Source: Pristiophorus japonicus
Lineage: Eukaryota
Length of the DNA: 64,000 bases
Reading direction: 5' to 3'
Assembly (NCBI RefSeq): GCF_044704955.1
Contig: NC_092007.1
Location: 10,354,001 to 10,418,000, forward strand
Shown: positions 26,030 through 39,894 of the stretch, in pieces
Layout: each line of letters opens with the position of its first letter
Position numbering within the stretch: position 1 is the stretch's first letter
Translations under genes and position numbers: made by a program
The notes under the pieces: model-generated
What the model was told of the DNA's origin: nothing
The model's input: only the letters and a program-made list of their open reading frames with translations
The model's database searches: none

Positions 26030-26865
26030 GTAGCGTAGTACAGGGGTTATGTTACTAGACGAGTAATCCAGAGAACAAGAGTTAAATTCCCACAACGGCA
26101 CTTTGAGAATAAATTTGGAAATACAAAGTTGGTACCAATAAAAGAGACCATGAAGCTGTTGGATTGTCTTAAAACCCAACGGGTTCACTAATGTCCCTCA
26201 GGGAAGGAAACCTGCCGTCTTTACCCGGTCTGGTCTATATGTGACTCCAGACCCGCACCAATGTGGTTGACCTTTCACAGCCCCCTGATGTAGCCCAGCA
26301 AGCCAATCCGTTGCATCAAACCACTAGAAAGAAGAATCAGCATTTTACTGAACAACCCAGGCATCGAACCAGGACACAGCAAAGGCAAACCCAGCCCAGT
26401 TGACGTTGCAAAGTCCTCCTCATGAACATCTGGGGACTGGTGCCCAAGTTGGGAGAGCTGTGTGACATAGTCACACTCCCAGAATCAACCCTACATCCCA
26501 GCCTGCTCCATCACCATCCCTGGGTATGTCCTGTCCCACCGGCAGGAGAGACCCACCAGGGGTGGGGACACAGTGGTATACAGTCGGGTGGGAGTGGCCC
26601 CGGGAGTCCTCAACATTGAGTCTGAACCCCATGAAGTCTCACGGCTTTAGGTTAAACATGGGCATGGAACCCTCCTGCTGATTACCCTCTACCGCCCTCC
26701 CTCAGCTGATGAATCAGCACTCCTCCATGTTCAACAGCACTGGGAGGAAGCACTGAGGGTAGCAAGGGCACAGAATGTAGAGTGGGAGATTCTAATATCC
26801 ATCACCAAGGGTAGCTCGGTGGTAGCACTGGCCGAGCCCTGTAGGACAGAGTTGCTAAACTGGTG
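26030..26865 (+). mobile_element. tRNA-like SINE head followed by LINE endonuclease 5' fragment
   Basis: GGTTCACTAATGTCCCTCAGGGAAGGAAACCTGCC core, then degenerate NIWGLVPKLGEL...YRPPSADES. Confidence 0.7.
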
Positions 26866-27355
26866 ATAAGAACATAAGAAATAGGAGCAGGAGTAGGCCA
26901 TTCGGCCCCTCGAGCCTGCTCCGCCATTCAATAAGATCATGGCTGATCTGATCATGGACTCAGCTCCACTTCCCTGCCCACTCCCCATAACCCTTCACTC
27001 CCTTATCGTTTAAGAAACTGTCTATTTCTGTCTTAAATTTATTCAATGTCCCGGCTTCCACAGCTCTCTAAGGCAGTGAATTCCACAGATTTACAAACCT
27101 CTGAGAGAAGAAATTTCTTCTCATCTCAGTTTTAAATGGACAGCCTCTTAGTCTAAGATCATGTCCTCTAGTTCTAGTCTCCCCTATCAGTGGAAACATC
27201 CTCTCTGCATCCACCTTGTCAAGCCCCCTCATAATGTTATACGTTTCGATAAGATCACCTCTCATTCTTCTGAATTCTAATGAGTAGAGACCCAACCTAC
27301 TCAACCTTTCCTCATAAGTCAACCCCCCTCATCTCTGGAATCAACTGAGTGAACC
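26866..27355 (-). mobile_element. CR1 3' fragment
   Basis: YEERLSRLGLYSLEFRRMRGDLIETY; ATAAGAACATAAGAA tail on +. Confidence 0.92.
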
Positions 27356-27356
27356 A

Positions 27357-27502
27357 TGGAAGTTTCGAAGGATGGAAGGAGACAGTGCTGCTCTCTCTGA
27401 AGACCGATTCTGTGAGTGAGTGGTGTGGGTCCTTAAACTACCCGCAACTGTTATTTCTGCTTCTGAGCCTCCCCTTCCTGTCCCTCAGTTACTGAACGCT
27501 GA
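27357..27502 (+). pseudogene. Possible juxtamembrane and terminal exons of B7-like copy 1
   Basis: WKFRRMEGDSAALSEDRF with phase-1 GTGAGT donor (27412), 77-nt intron, acceptor at 27488, then FTER*; TM part absent at the CR1 junction. Confidence 0.4.
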
Positions 27503-27680
27503 GGATTCCCGCTTCCCACCAGCATTAGTGTTTCTGGAAGTCTGTGGGGAAGCTCAGACCCTCCTGTCGAGAACCTGACGGGATTGGGAGCATCTCTGGC
27601 TGACGTCACCGGAGATTAATATTGTCCCGGGTGTGAAACCAGCGTTCCACCCGATCCCGAGCAAAGAGTGACAGAAGAAT

Positions 27681-30600
27681 TGTTATATATGCAGACCATA
27701 GGTATACTCTCTGAGTAGTCACTGTATAGTTGCATAAGATGGATACTTGTTTACCTGATGTACTATCAATAAGGTTTACACTGTGTATATACTATGCTGG
27801 CACCACTAGAGAGTGCAACTGGTGGAGATGGGGGTATCCTGCCCTGGTGGCAGGGACTGTATAAAAGGGCAGCCACACTCACTCTGGAGTTACGCATAAA
27901 GGACCAAGGTCACTACAGTTTGAGTACAACACATTGCCTCGTGGAGTCATTCATTGGTACATTACAGACATAACAACTGGCGACGAGAATACAGACTTTC
28001 ACGCGATTATGGCTACCTTTGGCACACTAAAAGACTTCACAGAGAGTGATGATCGGGATGCCTTCAAGGAAAGGCTCGAGCTACACTTCATGGCAAACGA
28101 CCTGGCAGGGGAGACGGACACATTGGTGGAGAAGCGCAAGGCTATACTGCTGATCAGTTGCGGGCCCAAGGTCGACCGCCTTGTCAGGGACTTGCTGGCA
28201 CCCACGAAGGCCAAGGATAAGACATACGATGAGCTGACCGAACCAATTTGCGACCAACTAAAACCAAAAGAGAGCATCCTCACGACCAGGCACAGATTCT
28301 ACACTCACCGCAGACCCGAGGGCCAGGAGATTGCCAAATATGCTGCCGACCTCAGGAGACTTGCGGCACCATGTGATTTTGGTATGCACCTCAACGAAGC
28401 TTTGCAAGACATCTTCATTTTAGGAATTGGCCACGGGGTCCTCCTTCACAAGCTATTATCTGCCGACACCACAGTCGACCTGCAGCACCATCCTGTGGAC
28501 TCAAACCCGACAAGTACTGTACACAGAATGGTGCCTTTCACAGGCAAGACTGTAGAACATGGCTCTGCCCAGGGCAGAGAGCACAGACCTCAGGGTTCCA
28601 GAACTCAAGAGTCTGCCGAGGGGTGCTAATCGAGTAGCACCACGCTGGCGTTGAGGAGGAAACCATAGGACTCACCAGTGTCGGTTTGCTGAGTACGTAT
28701 GCAAAGCCTGTAACATGAAGGGCCACCTCCAGCGTATGTGTAAAAGAAATATGACTCACCGTCTAGCAGAGGAGTTGGTAGATGACTTTGAATTCAGCGG
28801 GGAGTATGATGATTTGGCCCGAGAGGCAAAAAAGAAGTGTATGGAGTGTATACCTGCACCACCGATTGTCCTCCAGTGAAGATGGAAGTCGAGGTAAACG
28901 GTGTTCCGTTCTTCATAGAAGTGGACACGGGAGCGAGCCAGTCAGTGATGAACCAGGATGCCTATGAGAGGCTATGGAACGAAAAATGACCCGAGCTGGT
29001 TCCAGTACAGGAAAAGTTGCGCACCTACACCAAGGAGCTGATCCCAGTCCTTGGTAGTGCAGATGTAAGCGTAATCCATAATGGCGTGGTGCACAAGTTA
29101 CCTCTGTGGATTGTTGCAGGTGATGGTCCAACGCTACTCGGAAGAAGGTGGATGGGGAAGACCCAGTGGAAATGGGAAGACCTCTTCACTCCAGCAATCG
29201 ATGTCCCCCGTGCTCAGAGGCAGAGCAAAACCTCACCTTCGCTTGGGCCAGGCACCAGAGAACAGACCAACGCAGCACCTGAGGCACAGACCGTCCATCA
29301 CGACTGCGTGGTAATGGTCCGACTGGAACGATCTAAAAGTACCTTCCCGGCTCCAGTGGCAGGACTCCTGGGGAGGAAGGTCGAATTCACAGGCACTCTT
29401 CCAGTTTTTGTGGCAGAATCGCAGGAGCGACGGATCAAGGCAGTCGACCTCGAGGACAGAGGCATTCCTGCAGCAGCAAGGTGCAGCGTGGCTGAAAAAA
29501 AAGACGGCCACGGCCAGACCACGAGTTGCGATGCTGAGGGACCAACACGCGGTGTCTAACAAAGGATTTGATTGGGGTAAAGCCAGCAGGGTTCTCTTCA
29601 AGGAGACCTGCAACCAACTGAACATAGAGACATTGTATGTGTTACATATGTAAACTTGTATATACTCTGTACATCCACCAGAGGGCTCATCCCCTGGAGT
29701 CCCAAGGGATCCCCTAATCCCTTGGGAGCACAGGTATTTAAGGAGACCTCACAGGTTGGAGAGGCACTCTGGAGGCCTGCAATAAAGGTCACACTTTTCT
29801 TTGAGCTCACAGGACACAAGGTGTCCCCCGATCACACCGAATGTTGAACAAAATGGATTCCTGGTGTCAATGGAGCTTGACACGGCTGCGAACCAGTCCA
29901 TCATGAGCAAAAAGACTTTCGAAAAATTATGGTGCAGCAAGGCCTCAAGGCCAGTTTTAACTCCAATTCGCACACAACTAAAAATTTTTACGAAGGAATA
30001 GAGTCTCGTAAGCGGCAGTGCTACTGTAAAGGTCTCCTACGATGGAGCAGTGCACAAGCTACCACTCTGTGTGGTACCGGGCGATGGTCCCACGCTGCTC
30101 GGCAGGAGCTGCCTGGGGAAGATAAGCTGGAACTGGGACAATGTCCGAGCGCTCTCGCTTGCTGACGACATTTCGTGTGTCCAGGTGTTAAACAAGTTTC
30201 CTTCATTGTTCGAACCAGGCATCGGGAAATTACAAGGAGCAAAAGTGCAGATCCACCTAATTCCGGGGGCGCGACCCATTTATCACAAGGCGAGAGCAGT
30301 ATTGTACACGATGAGAGAAAGGGTAGAGATCGAGCTCGACCGGCTGCAAAGAGAGGGCATCATTTCACCGATTGAATTCAACGAGTGGGCCAGCCCGATC
30401 ATCCCAGTCCTTAAGGGAGACGGCACCGTCAGGGTCTGTGGTGATTACAAAGTAACTATCAATCATTTCTCCCTGCAGGACCAATACCCACTACCAAAGA
30501 CCGACGACCTCTTTGCAACGCTGGCGGGAGGAAAGTCGTTCACGAAGCTGGTCTTGACTTCAGCCTACAATGACGCAAGAGCTGGAAGAATCCTTGAAGG

Positions 30601-33600
30601 GCCTCACCTGCATCAACACGCACAGAGGTCTCTTCATTTATAACTGAAGTCGGTTCCGCGCATGGTGGTCTTCCAGGATGACATCTTTATACAGGTCGGG
30701 ACACAGTCGAGCATCTGCAGAACCTGGAGGAGGTTCTTAGTCGACTCAACCACGTAGGGCTCAGGTTAAAACGCTCGAAGTGCGTTTTCCTGGCGCCTGA
30801 AGTAGAGTTCCTGGGGAGGAGGATAGCGGCGGACAGCATCAGGCCCACCGATTCAAAGACGGAGGCAATCGAGAATGCACCGAGGCAACAGAAAGTGACG
30901 GAGCTGCGGTCATTTCTAGGACTCCTGAACTACTTTGGTAACTTCTTATGGGGCTCAGTACACTGTTCGAACCACTGCACAACTGACTGCATAAAGGGGA
31001 TGAATGGGTATGGGGCAAAAGCCAAGAAAATGCCTTTGTAAAAGCGAGAAAATTGTTATGCTAAAACAAATTGCTTGTGTTGTATGATCCATGTGAACGT
31101 TTGGTACGAGCATGTGATGCGTCGTCATATGGCGTCGGGTGTGTATTGCAACAAGCTAATGATTTTGGGAAGTTGCAACCGGTTGCTTATGCATCCAGGA
31201 GTCTGTCTAAGGCTGAGCGAGCCTACAGCATGATTGAGAAAGAAGCGATAGCGTGTGTCTATGGGGTAAAGAAAGTGCATCAACATCTGTTTGGGCTAAA
31301 ATTTGAATTGGAAACTGACCATAAGCCACTGATATCCCTGTTTTCCGAGAGTAAAGGGATAAACACTAATGCATCGGCCTGCATCCAGAGATGGGCGCTC
31401 ATGTTCGCATACAACTACGCCATCCGTCACAGGCCTGGCACAGAAATCTGTGCCGATGCCCTCAGTAGGCTGCCATTGCCCACCACGGGGGTGGAAATGG
31501 TGCAGCCCGCAGATTTAGTAATGGTTATGGAAGCATTTGAGAGTGAGCGATCACCCGTCACAGCCTGACAGATTAAAACTTGGATGAGCCAGGACCCCTT
31601 ACTGTCCCTAGTTAAAAACTGTGTCCTTCACGAGAGCTGGTCCAGTATCCCAGTGGAAATGCAGGAAGAGATAAAGCTGTTCCAGCGGCACAAAGATGAA
31701 ATGTCTGTACAGGCCGACTGCCTTCTGTGGGGTAATCGGGTCGTGGTTCCCAAGAAGGGCAGAGAGACCTTCCTCATTGACGTCCACAGTACCCACCCAT
31801 GCATCGTAATGATGAAAGCAATAGCCAGATCCCATGTGTGGTGGCCCGGTATCGATGCAGACTTAGAGTCCTGCGTTCACAGATGTAACACATGCTCGCA
31901 GCTAAGCAATGCACCCAGGGAGGTACCACTAAGTTTATGGTCTTGGCCCTCCAAACCGTAGTCTAAGGTCCATGTCGACTATGCATGCCCATTCTTGGGT
32001 AAAATGTTCCTTGTGGTTGTAGATGCGTACTCCAAATGGATTGAATGTGAGATAATGACAGCAAGCACGTCCGCTGCCACCACTGAAAGCCTGCGGGCCA
32101 TGTTTGCCACGCACAGCCTGCCCGATGTCCTTGTGAGCGACAACGGGCCATGTTTTACCAGTGCTTAGTTCAAAGAATTCATGACCCGCAACGGGATCAA
32201 ACATGTTACATCTGCCCCGTTTAAACCAGCGTCCAATGGTCAGGCAGAGAGAGCAGTGCAAACCATCAAGCACGGCTTGAAGAGGGTAATGGAACGCTCA
32301 CTGCAGACTCGTCTATCCCGAGTCCTAACGCACGAGACCCCACTCGCTCACTGGGATCCCAACTGCTAAACTACTCATGAAAAGGGCACTTAAGACAAGG
32401 CTGTCGTTAGTTCACTCCAATCTACATGAACAGGTAGAGAGCAGGCGGCTTCAACACAGTCAATATCATGATAGTGCAAATGTGTCACGTGAGATTGAAA
32501 TTAATGATCCTGTATTTGTACTAAATTATGGACAAGGTCCCAAGTGGCTTCCCGGCATTGTTGTGGCCAAAGAGGGGAGCAGAGTGTTTCGGGTCAAGTT
32601 GTCAAATAGACTCATTCACCAGAAACACTTGGACCCCATCAAACTCAGATTCACGGACTATCCTGAGCAACCCACTTTGGACTCTCCCTTCTTTGAGCCC
32701 CCCAACATACACACCAGTGGCAACTGACACCGCGGTTGGCCACGAAGCAGAACCCATCATCCACAGCAGCCCAGCAGAACTCACCACACCAGGCAGCCCA
32801 GCAAGGCCAGCTGCACAGCAGCCCAGCGAGGGCCCAATAGACGACTCACCTTGTAAATAGTTACACTGTTGACTTTAGCGGGGTGGGGAGGGGGGATTGT
32901 TATATCTGTAAACTTGTATATACTCTGTATAGCCACCAAAGGGCTCATCCCCTGGAGTCCCAAGGGATCCCATAATCCTTTGGGAGCACAGGTATTTAAG
33001 GAGGCCTCATAGGTTGGAGAGGCACTCTGGAGACCTGCAATAAAGGACTAAGGTCACACTTTGCTTTGAGCTCACAGTATCCAGTCAGACTCTTTCTTCA
33101 TACATAACAGTATGCATGCCAATAAATGTAACGAACCGATTAAGATTGTGAACAAAATGTTGTTGCGAGATGTTGGTACTATTCCTAAAGTAAAGAACAA
33201 AATGTTGTTGCGAGTGTCTCCACAAGTTATAGGCCAGCGACCTCGGGAGGGTGAAGGCACTGATTCTGATACCCTGCCCCCAGGTCTAGCCCACGGACCT
33301 GGAAATGAAAACGGCGCCACTATGCACAGTCGGCAGCCATTGCCCACCACCCGGCTGGGGACGGCACAGCCTCCAGACCCAGTCACTACCTCAGCCATGT
33401 CTTGGAGTGAAAGGTCAGAACCAACGAGTTCCCCAAACGGGAACCTGGAACAGCCACGTTCCCAACACCGTTAGAGAGCAGGAAGCCTTCAAAGGAGGAC
33501 AGGGAGACCAGACACATCTATGGTTCTGCCTACCACTAGGCAATAGCAAAGGCCCTGAATCCTGGCAAGTTGAGAGAACCAAGTCTACCACGCTAGCAGG

Positions 33601-34450
33601 GGACGCAGCATCACCATAAGACGACTGGGACCCCGTCCGGTTGTTCTGGAACTAGCATCCTCGCATACCTGTACTGCTACCTCAGTACTGACCATGACTG
33701 AACTAATTATGCAATTTACCCAATCCTGGTGCACGACCGTAAAATGTAACAAATGTAAGTCACTGAACCAAGGTGTCAAGATACAAACTGTAAAAAAAAA
33801 TGTTTTTTTCTTCCATTCTTTGCACATGCACTGTGTCTGATCCTGTATGTTAATGTAACAGGCCAGCTGCATGATCTTGCTGGCAGGGGGGTGGGGAATG
33901 GATGTATGTAGCCATGGACACACACCTGGATCACACCCAGAATCCACTGGAACCTCCACTGCATCATCGAACCATCCAAACTGGTAAGCACTACCCAACG
34001 TTGTGGCAAAAGGACTTGGGGGTTAACAGGGAGAGAGCCAAGCCAAAGCACAGCCAAGATGCAAGGGCTATTGGCACTTAAGTCTGGGGCGAACTAAGCC
34101 AGAGCACATAGTGCAAAGGTAATTGACACAAACGACTTGGGGAAGAGGATGTTATATATGCAGACCATAGATATACTCTCTGTATAGCCACTGTATAGTT
34201 GCATAAGATGGAGACTTGTTTACCTGATGTACTGTCAATAAGGTTCACACTGTATATATACAATGCCAGCACCACTAGAGGGTGCAACTGGTGGAGACTG
34301 GAGTTTCCTGTCCTGGTGGCAGGGGCTGTATAAAAGGGCAGCCACCATGCGGCTGCCTCACTCTGGAGTTACGAACAAAGGAATACAAAGGAAAAGAAGT
34401 ACAACACATTGCCTCGTGGAGTCATTCATAAGTACATTACAGACATAACA
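27681..34450 (+). mobile_element. Gypsy element A (gag-protease only), host of nested element B
   Basis: LTRs 27681-27975 and 34150-34450 (TG..CA), TSD AGAAT, PBS TGGCGACGAG, purine tract before 3' LTR, gag from ~28009, VDTGAS at ~28921. Confidence 0.93.
29640..33109 (+). mobile_element. Gypsy element B, nested, gag deleted
   Basis: Partial 5' LTR 29640-~29812, 3' LTR 32898-33109, TSD GTATG; protease, RT (FQDD), RNase H (CDASSYGVG) and integrase fragments with stops and frameshifts. Confidence 0.94.
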
Positions 34451-34652
34451 AGAATGATGCTGCCTGACACGGGACTTGTCATTATAAATAGTACAGGCCT
34501 GAGCTTCAGTCTTCCCACAGAGATGGAAGCAGTGAGTCACTGGTCAGAGCTTCTCATAAATCGAGCATCGCAGTGTAACCGTGTGAAGCTTGGGCTGTAC
34601 TGTATCAGTAGGGAGGTTCTATCTGTGGATAAATATTTTGAATCTTTTCCAG

Positions 34653-34997
34653 GTTCTTTGCCTGTCACAGTTTCTGGGTACCTTGGGGAGGAGGTTGTGC
34701 TGCCCTGTACCTACAAAGGGAACGTCCCAGTCCCAGAGTTACAAGTACTCTGGCAAATACCCGGGCGTGAAGTTGTCCACAGGTTTGTCGATGGGAGCGA
34801 TGATTTTACAGAGCAACATCCACGGTTCAGAAACAGAAAAAAACTCTTCAAAGATCAACTGCAACATGACAACTGGTCAGTTATGCTCTCTGACCTCAGG
34901 GACTCCGACCAGAACTTGTATGAGTGTCACATTCTCAAGTTAATGCATATGCGCTTTTATCTGGAATAAGGTGTCTCAGTCCGTGTCTCTGTCACAG
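34653..34997 (+). pseudogene. B7-family IgV exon, copy 2, nonsense TAA at 34967
   Basis: 345-nt phase 1/1 exon; EVVLPCTY..LWQ..QHPRFRNRKKLF..NWSVMLSDLRDSDQNLYEC..LE*GVSVRVSVT. Confidence 0.9.
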
Positions 34998-35064
34998 GTG
35001 AGAGGTTTCTGTTTCAGGGTTTCAGCATTGATCAGGAGTCTATCACCAATGTTATGGGTATGGT

Positions 35065-35675
35065 AATGCAGGGGTTATGTTACTCGATGAGTAATCCAGA
35101 GGTCTGGAATCACAATCCAGAGTAGGCAAATTCAAATCCCGCCATGGCACTTTGAGAATGTGAGAATAAATCTGGAACTACAAAATTGGTTCCAATAGAA
35201 GTTATCTTGAAGCTGTTGGATTGTCTTAAAACCCAACGGGTTTACTAAAGTCCTTCAGGGAAGGAAATCTGCTGACTTTACCCGGTCTGGTCTATATGTG
35301 ACTCCAGTCCCACACCAATGTTGTTGATCTTTCACGGCCCCCCGATGTGGCCCAGCAAGCCAATCCATTGCATCAAACCACTAGAAAGAAGAAACAGCAT
35401 TTTACTGAACAACCCAGGCATCGAACCAGGACACAGCAAAAGCAAACCCAGCCCAGTCGACGCTGCAAAGTCCTCCTCATGAACATCTGGGGACTGGTGC
35501 CCAAGTTGGGAGAGCTGTGTGACATAGTCATACTCCCAGAATCAACCCTACATCCCAGCCTGCTCCATCACCATCCTTGGGTATATCCTTTCCCACCGGC
35601 AGGACAGACCCACCAGGGGTGGGGACACAGTGGTATACAGTCGGGTGGGAGTGGCCCCGGGAGTCCTCAGCATTG
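35065..35675 (+). mobile_element. Duplicated SINE-head/LINE endonuclease fragment
   Basis: Paralog of 26030-26620; co-duplicated with the IgV exon. Confidence 0.75.
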
Positions 35676-36043
35676 AAGACAATGGGACGTTCTACGAGAT
35701 CCCGTGGCTTTCCCGTCCTGCAAATGAGTTTAAAATTCCCCCTCTATTCCAGCGGACTGTTGGGTTAAATTGTAGGGAGGCTGCTCATGGTCAGTGTCCA
35801 ATTATCTCTATCGGAAAGCCTGTATCGATCGCATTGTGGGGCAGTGTGTGTGTGTGCAAGGAGCTGTGGGATGGCCTGGTGTGTGAGATTATTGTAATCT
35901 AACCTCTCACATCGCTCCCGGGCTAGAATTGACCAGGGATCTATTTGTGCTGGGGATGGTTCTGAAGCACTCGGTGCTGAAGGTCTCTGCTGTTAGCTTT
36001 GTGAGTGTGTTCCAATCTGTTAACGGCTTCATTCTGTCTCTAG

Positions 36044-36320
36044 ATCCTGGGTGCTCTAGGGGAGGAATCGTTGGATTGGGAATCGGAATTCCTCCTCTCC
36101 TTGCTGTAATTGGGGTTTTGGTGATCTGACACCGACAGTGAGTTCGAGAATGTGCCAGAGTTTCCATTGTTGATTCTAGTTTTGTTCTATTACACTTTGT
36201 ATTGTAAAGATGGTGTGTGCACCGATACACTTTGAGCTGTGTGGGATTCTATTAACATAACCTGCTCTCTGCTGGTTTCTCTCTCCTAGGACACACAATA
36301 GAGATTCCAGCAATCTGTAA
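36044..36320 (+). pseudogene. TM exon (36044-36137) and short cytoplasmic exon (36290-36320) of B7-like copy 2
   Basis: Phase-1 acceptor, DPGCSRGGIVGLGIGIPPLLAVIGVLVI*HR, phase-2 GTGAGT donor, then TCCTAG acceptor giving QTHNRDSSNL*. Confidence 0.65.
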
Positions 36321-36415
36321 AAAGGAACTGCACTGAGCCTGGGTCAGGGAGGGGCAGATCAGCCCGGTATTGTGCTCATCGTCGAATCATAGAACAGTGC
36401 AGTACAGAAGGAGGC

Positions 36416-39400
36416 TGCAATGTCTGTAAGCTTGTAATGTTTGTAGCTCCACACTGTGAATGTGGACGTATTGTGTACTGCAAGTGCAGAGTTAATAATA
36501 AACAGAACCAGGCAGATTCCGGAGGCTTCCGAGAGAGCTGCCTGCCATGTTAGGAGCTCTGTGTGCTGTGCTCTGTGAATATATGACATCTGGTGGCGAG
36601 ATGGGATTTTTCGGATGAATTAAAGCTTAAATTTTGTTTGGGAAGGATTCAGCCAGCCAACAGAGAGACTATTGAAGTTTCTGTCTTTGGAAAAAAGCTA
36701 CAAATCCAAGATAAAATACAGCACATGGTGTGAACTGCTAGAGATTAAAATAGCAGGTGTAATCGTACATTTGGGGGAATATAGACACGACCGGGAATGT
36801 TTTAAAGCATACGTGGATCGGCTAGAAATGTATTTCACTGCAAATAACATAATCGAAGCTCCAGACAATGCAGTCCAGAACCGGGCTGTGTTGGAACGTA
36901 AGAAAGTGATCTTCTTAATGGAGGCGGGTCCGGCATTGTATGAAACCCTGGTAAATCTGCTTGTGCCTGACGAGCCAAAGAACATAACGCTTAAAGAGAT
37001 TTTAATGAAGTTGGAGCAGCACTATAACCTCAAACCGTTAGAAATTACTGAAATCTATTGTTTTGGGATTCAGAATCAAAAGACTGATTATAGTATTAGT
37101 GATTACATCATAGCATTAAAAAAGCTATCGATGCACTGTAATTTTGGAAACTTTCAAAACCGAGCATTACTGGATCGTTTTGTTTGTGGATTGAAAAATG
37201 ATGTGATCATGAGGAAGTTATTGATGACAGATGACTTGACTTTTGAGATTGCTTGTCGGACAGCGAGGTCCATGGGCATGGCCGAACAATATTCCCGAGA
37301 ATTAAATAATATTACGGTCATCAGTCAACTGAGGTAAATCACCTGCAGGTTCAAAGTAAAAGATGGTGGGGGCCCAAAGTCTCAGAAACTGGAAATTCTA
37401 ACAGAGTGTCGAAGTCGTGCTATAGGACAACACATTGCTCAAAGTTGAAGACAGAGTGTTTCTTCTGCAGGAAGACTGGGCATCTTGCAAAGGCATGCCG
37501 ACTGAAGGGTAAACCAGCTTTAAAAGCTATGAGTCCAGCGTTCAAAGCTATGAGTAGAAATCTCAAGGGACTACATAGCATGGAAGAACAACAACAGGAC
37601 GAGGAGATGTTGGAGTTACACGTCATCAGGAGCACAAGGTTAACGGACAGCGATTCTGAAAGCATCAAATCCACATAGATGTTGCGGGATTCAAGATACC
37701 AATGGAAATTGACACGGGTGCATCCATGAGTGTAGTACCGGAGTCACTGTACCTCGACAAATTGCATGATTTTCAACTGGAGAAATCCAAGATAGAGCTG
37801 CGAGGCTGCTCGGGAGAGAAAATTCCTGTGTTCAGTCGTATCACCGTACCGGTGAAATATAAAGGTCAATTTCAGAACTTGCCTCTTATAGTAGTGACAG
37901 GAGACAAGCCTGCCTTACTAGGAAGAAATTGGTTGAGCTCACTGAAGCTGGATTGGAGTAAGATTTTCTGTGTGGAAGCGAGATTTTCATCAACGGATGA
38001 GGTTATCAAGAAGTATCCAAAGGTGTTCTGTGAAACGGACAGTCCGATTCAAGGCGAGTATCAGGGTACAGAAGGACGCTGGATCAGTTTACTACAAGCC
38101 ATGTTCCGTACCATATGCACTCAAGGAGAAAGTTGAGCAAGAGCTCAAAAGACTAGAGACTGAGAACATTATTTGTAAGATAGATCGATGTAATTGGGCT
38201 ACACCCATTGTTGTTGTACCTAAGTCCGATGGTAAGGTAAGATTGTGTGGTGTTTATAAATTAACCGTAAACCAGGTTCTGGAGGGTAATGTCCCCAATA
38301 CATTGCTGAATATAGAAGATTTGTTCACAACACGGACAGGTGGTCAGATCCTCTCAAAGCTGGATCTTACGAATGCCTACTTACAGCTTGAACTAGATGA
38401 GGAGTCCAAGTCATGTTTGACTATAAATAATCATCTCGGCCGATATCAATTTAATAGGCTACCGTTTGGAGTGTCTTCCGCCCCTGCCATATTCCAAGGG
38501 GTGATGAACCAGATTTTGCAAGGTATTGAACGGGTAGTATGTTATTTGGATGACATACTAATTTCATCACCAAATAGACAAATTCATAATAACGTATTGA
38601 ATGAAGTCCTCAAATGGCTAGAGAAGCACAGATACGAGTGTCTGCTCGTAAGTGTGAGTTATTGAAAAACTCAGTGGAGTACTTAGGGTACAGAGTAGAC
38701 AAAGATGGTTTTCATCCAACCATGGAAAAATTGGACGCAATTAGAAATGCACCCACTCCCAGGAATGTAACTGAACTTCGTTCATTCTTGGGTCTTTTGA
38801 ACTATTATGGGAAGTTCCTACCAAATTTGAACACCAGCAGAGTTGTTTCTCAAATGACAGCCACGAACCAGATTCTCGTTGTTAAAGCCAAATTTGGCAC
38901 AGTCCGTAGAAGAGACACAATTAAGACAGAAAGAGAATCAGGACAGAGGTAGAGTAAAAGAGAGAAGTGTGAAATTAAACCAGAAGGTGAGAGTGAAGAA
39001 CCATCACCATAAATGGTTAAAGTGGTTACCAGGAAGAGTGGTGAAGATATGTGGTCCTCGCACATCTCTTGTAAAGATGTTTGATAATGGACAGGTTAGG
39101 TTTGTTCATATTGATCATATTTTACCTACAGACATGGAAGGAGTTGAAGGTGGGAATGATTCAATTATTTCTGACTCATGAGATAGTTTTGATACACCAG
39201 TAGCAAATCCTAAATCCAATGTACTGGAAACAAATCCAGGAGAGAATCAGAATGAAAGTCTGAGTCCGAGTCAGGAAAACAAAGAGCTTGAAGTTAGAGT
39301 GAGTTCAAATGAAAATCAAGGAAATTCCGTGGAGGAAAACTTTCCTCAGGATGAGACTCAAATGAGTTTAGATTCGAGACCATGTTTGGAAGGTTCTGTT

Positions 39401-39710
39401 CGAGAGCGAAGGTGTCCTCTTTGAAACAGAAAACAAGTGGTAAAGTTAAATTTGTAACTATGGAAAAAAATGAGTCTATATCCTGTGTTATGTATAAACA
39501 TGAAAGTTATGTATGATCTTTGTTATAAAAACTTCTTCATTAAGGAGGGAGAAGTGTAATGTCTGTAAGCTTGTAATGTTTGTAGCTCCACAATGTGCAT
39601 GTGGACTTATTGTGTACTGCAAGTGCAGAGTTAATAAACAGAACCAGGCAGCTTCCGAAGGCTTCCGAGAGAGCTGCCTGCCATGTGCTGTGCTCTATGA
39701 ATATATCATA
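36416..39710 (+). mobile_element. Gypsy element C, RNase H and integrase core deleted
   Basis: LTRs 36416-36588 and 39555-39710, TSD GAGGC, PPT AAGGAGGGAGAAG; gag, knuckle CFFCRKTGHLAKAC, IDTGAS, YLDD; jumps at ~38830 to the integrase C-terminus. Confidence 0.94.
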
Positions 39711-39894
39711 GAGGCCATCCTGTGGAGTGACTCCTGGTGGAAATTCTGAGCTCAGCATTGGGATCAGCAGTCACTTCCCACTCTGACCAGCACAGTCTCT
39801 GCAGAGAGAAGCTCCCAATGGAAATGTTGTCCCTTTACTGCAACACTGTCCGTTCAGTATTCTATTCTATGCATTAACTCTCGGCATTTCTGTT

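Noticed and set aside
27681-34450. One autonomous Gypsy element
   Set aside because: Two LTR pairs and two TSDs show nesting; both elements are defective.
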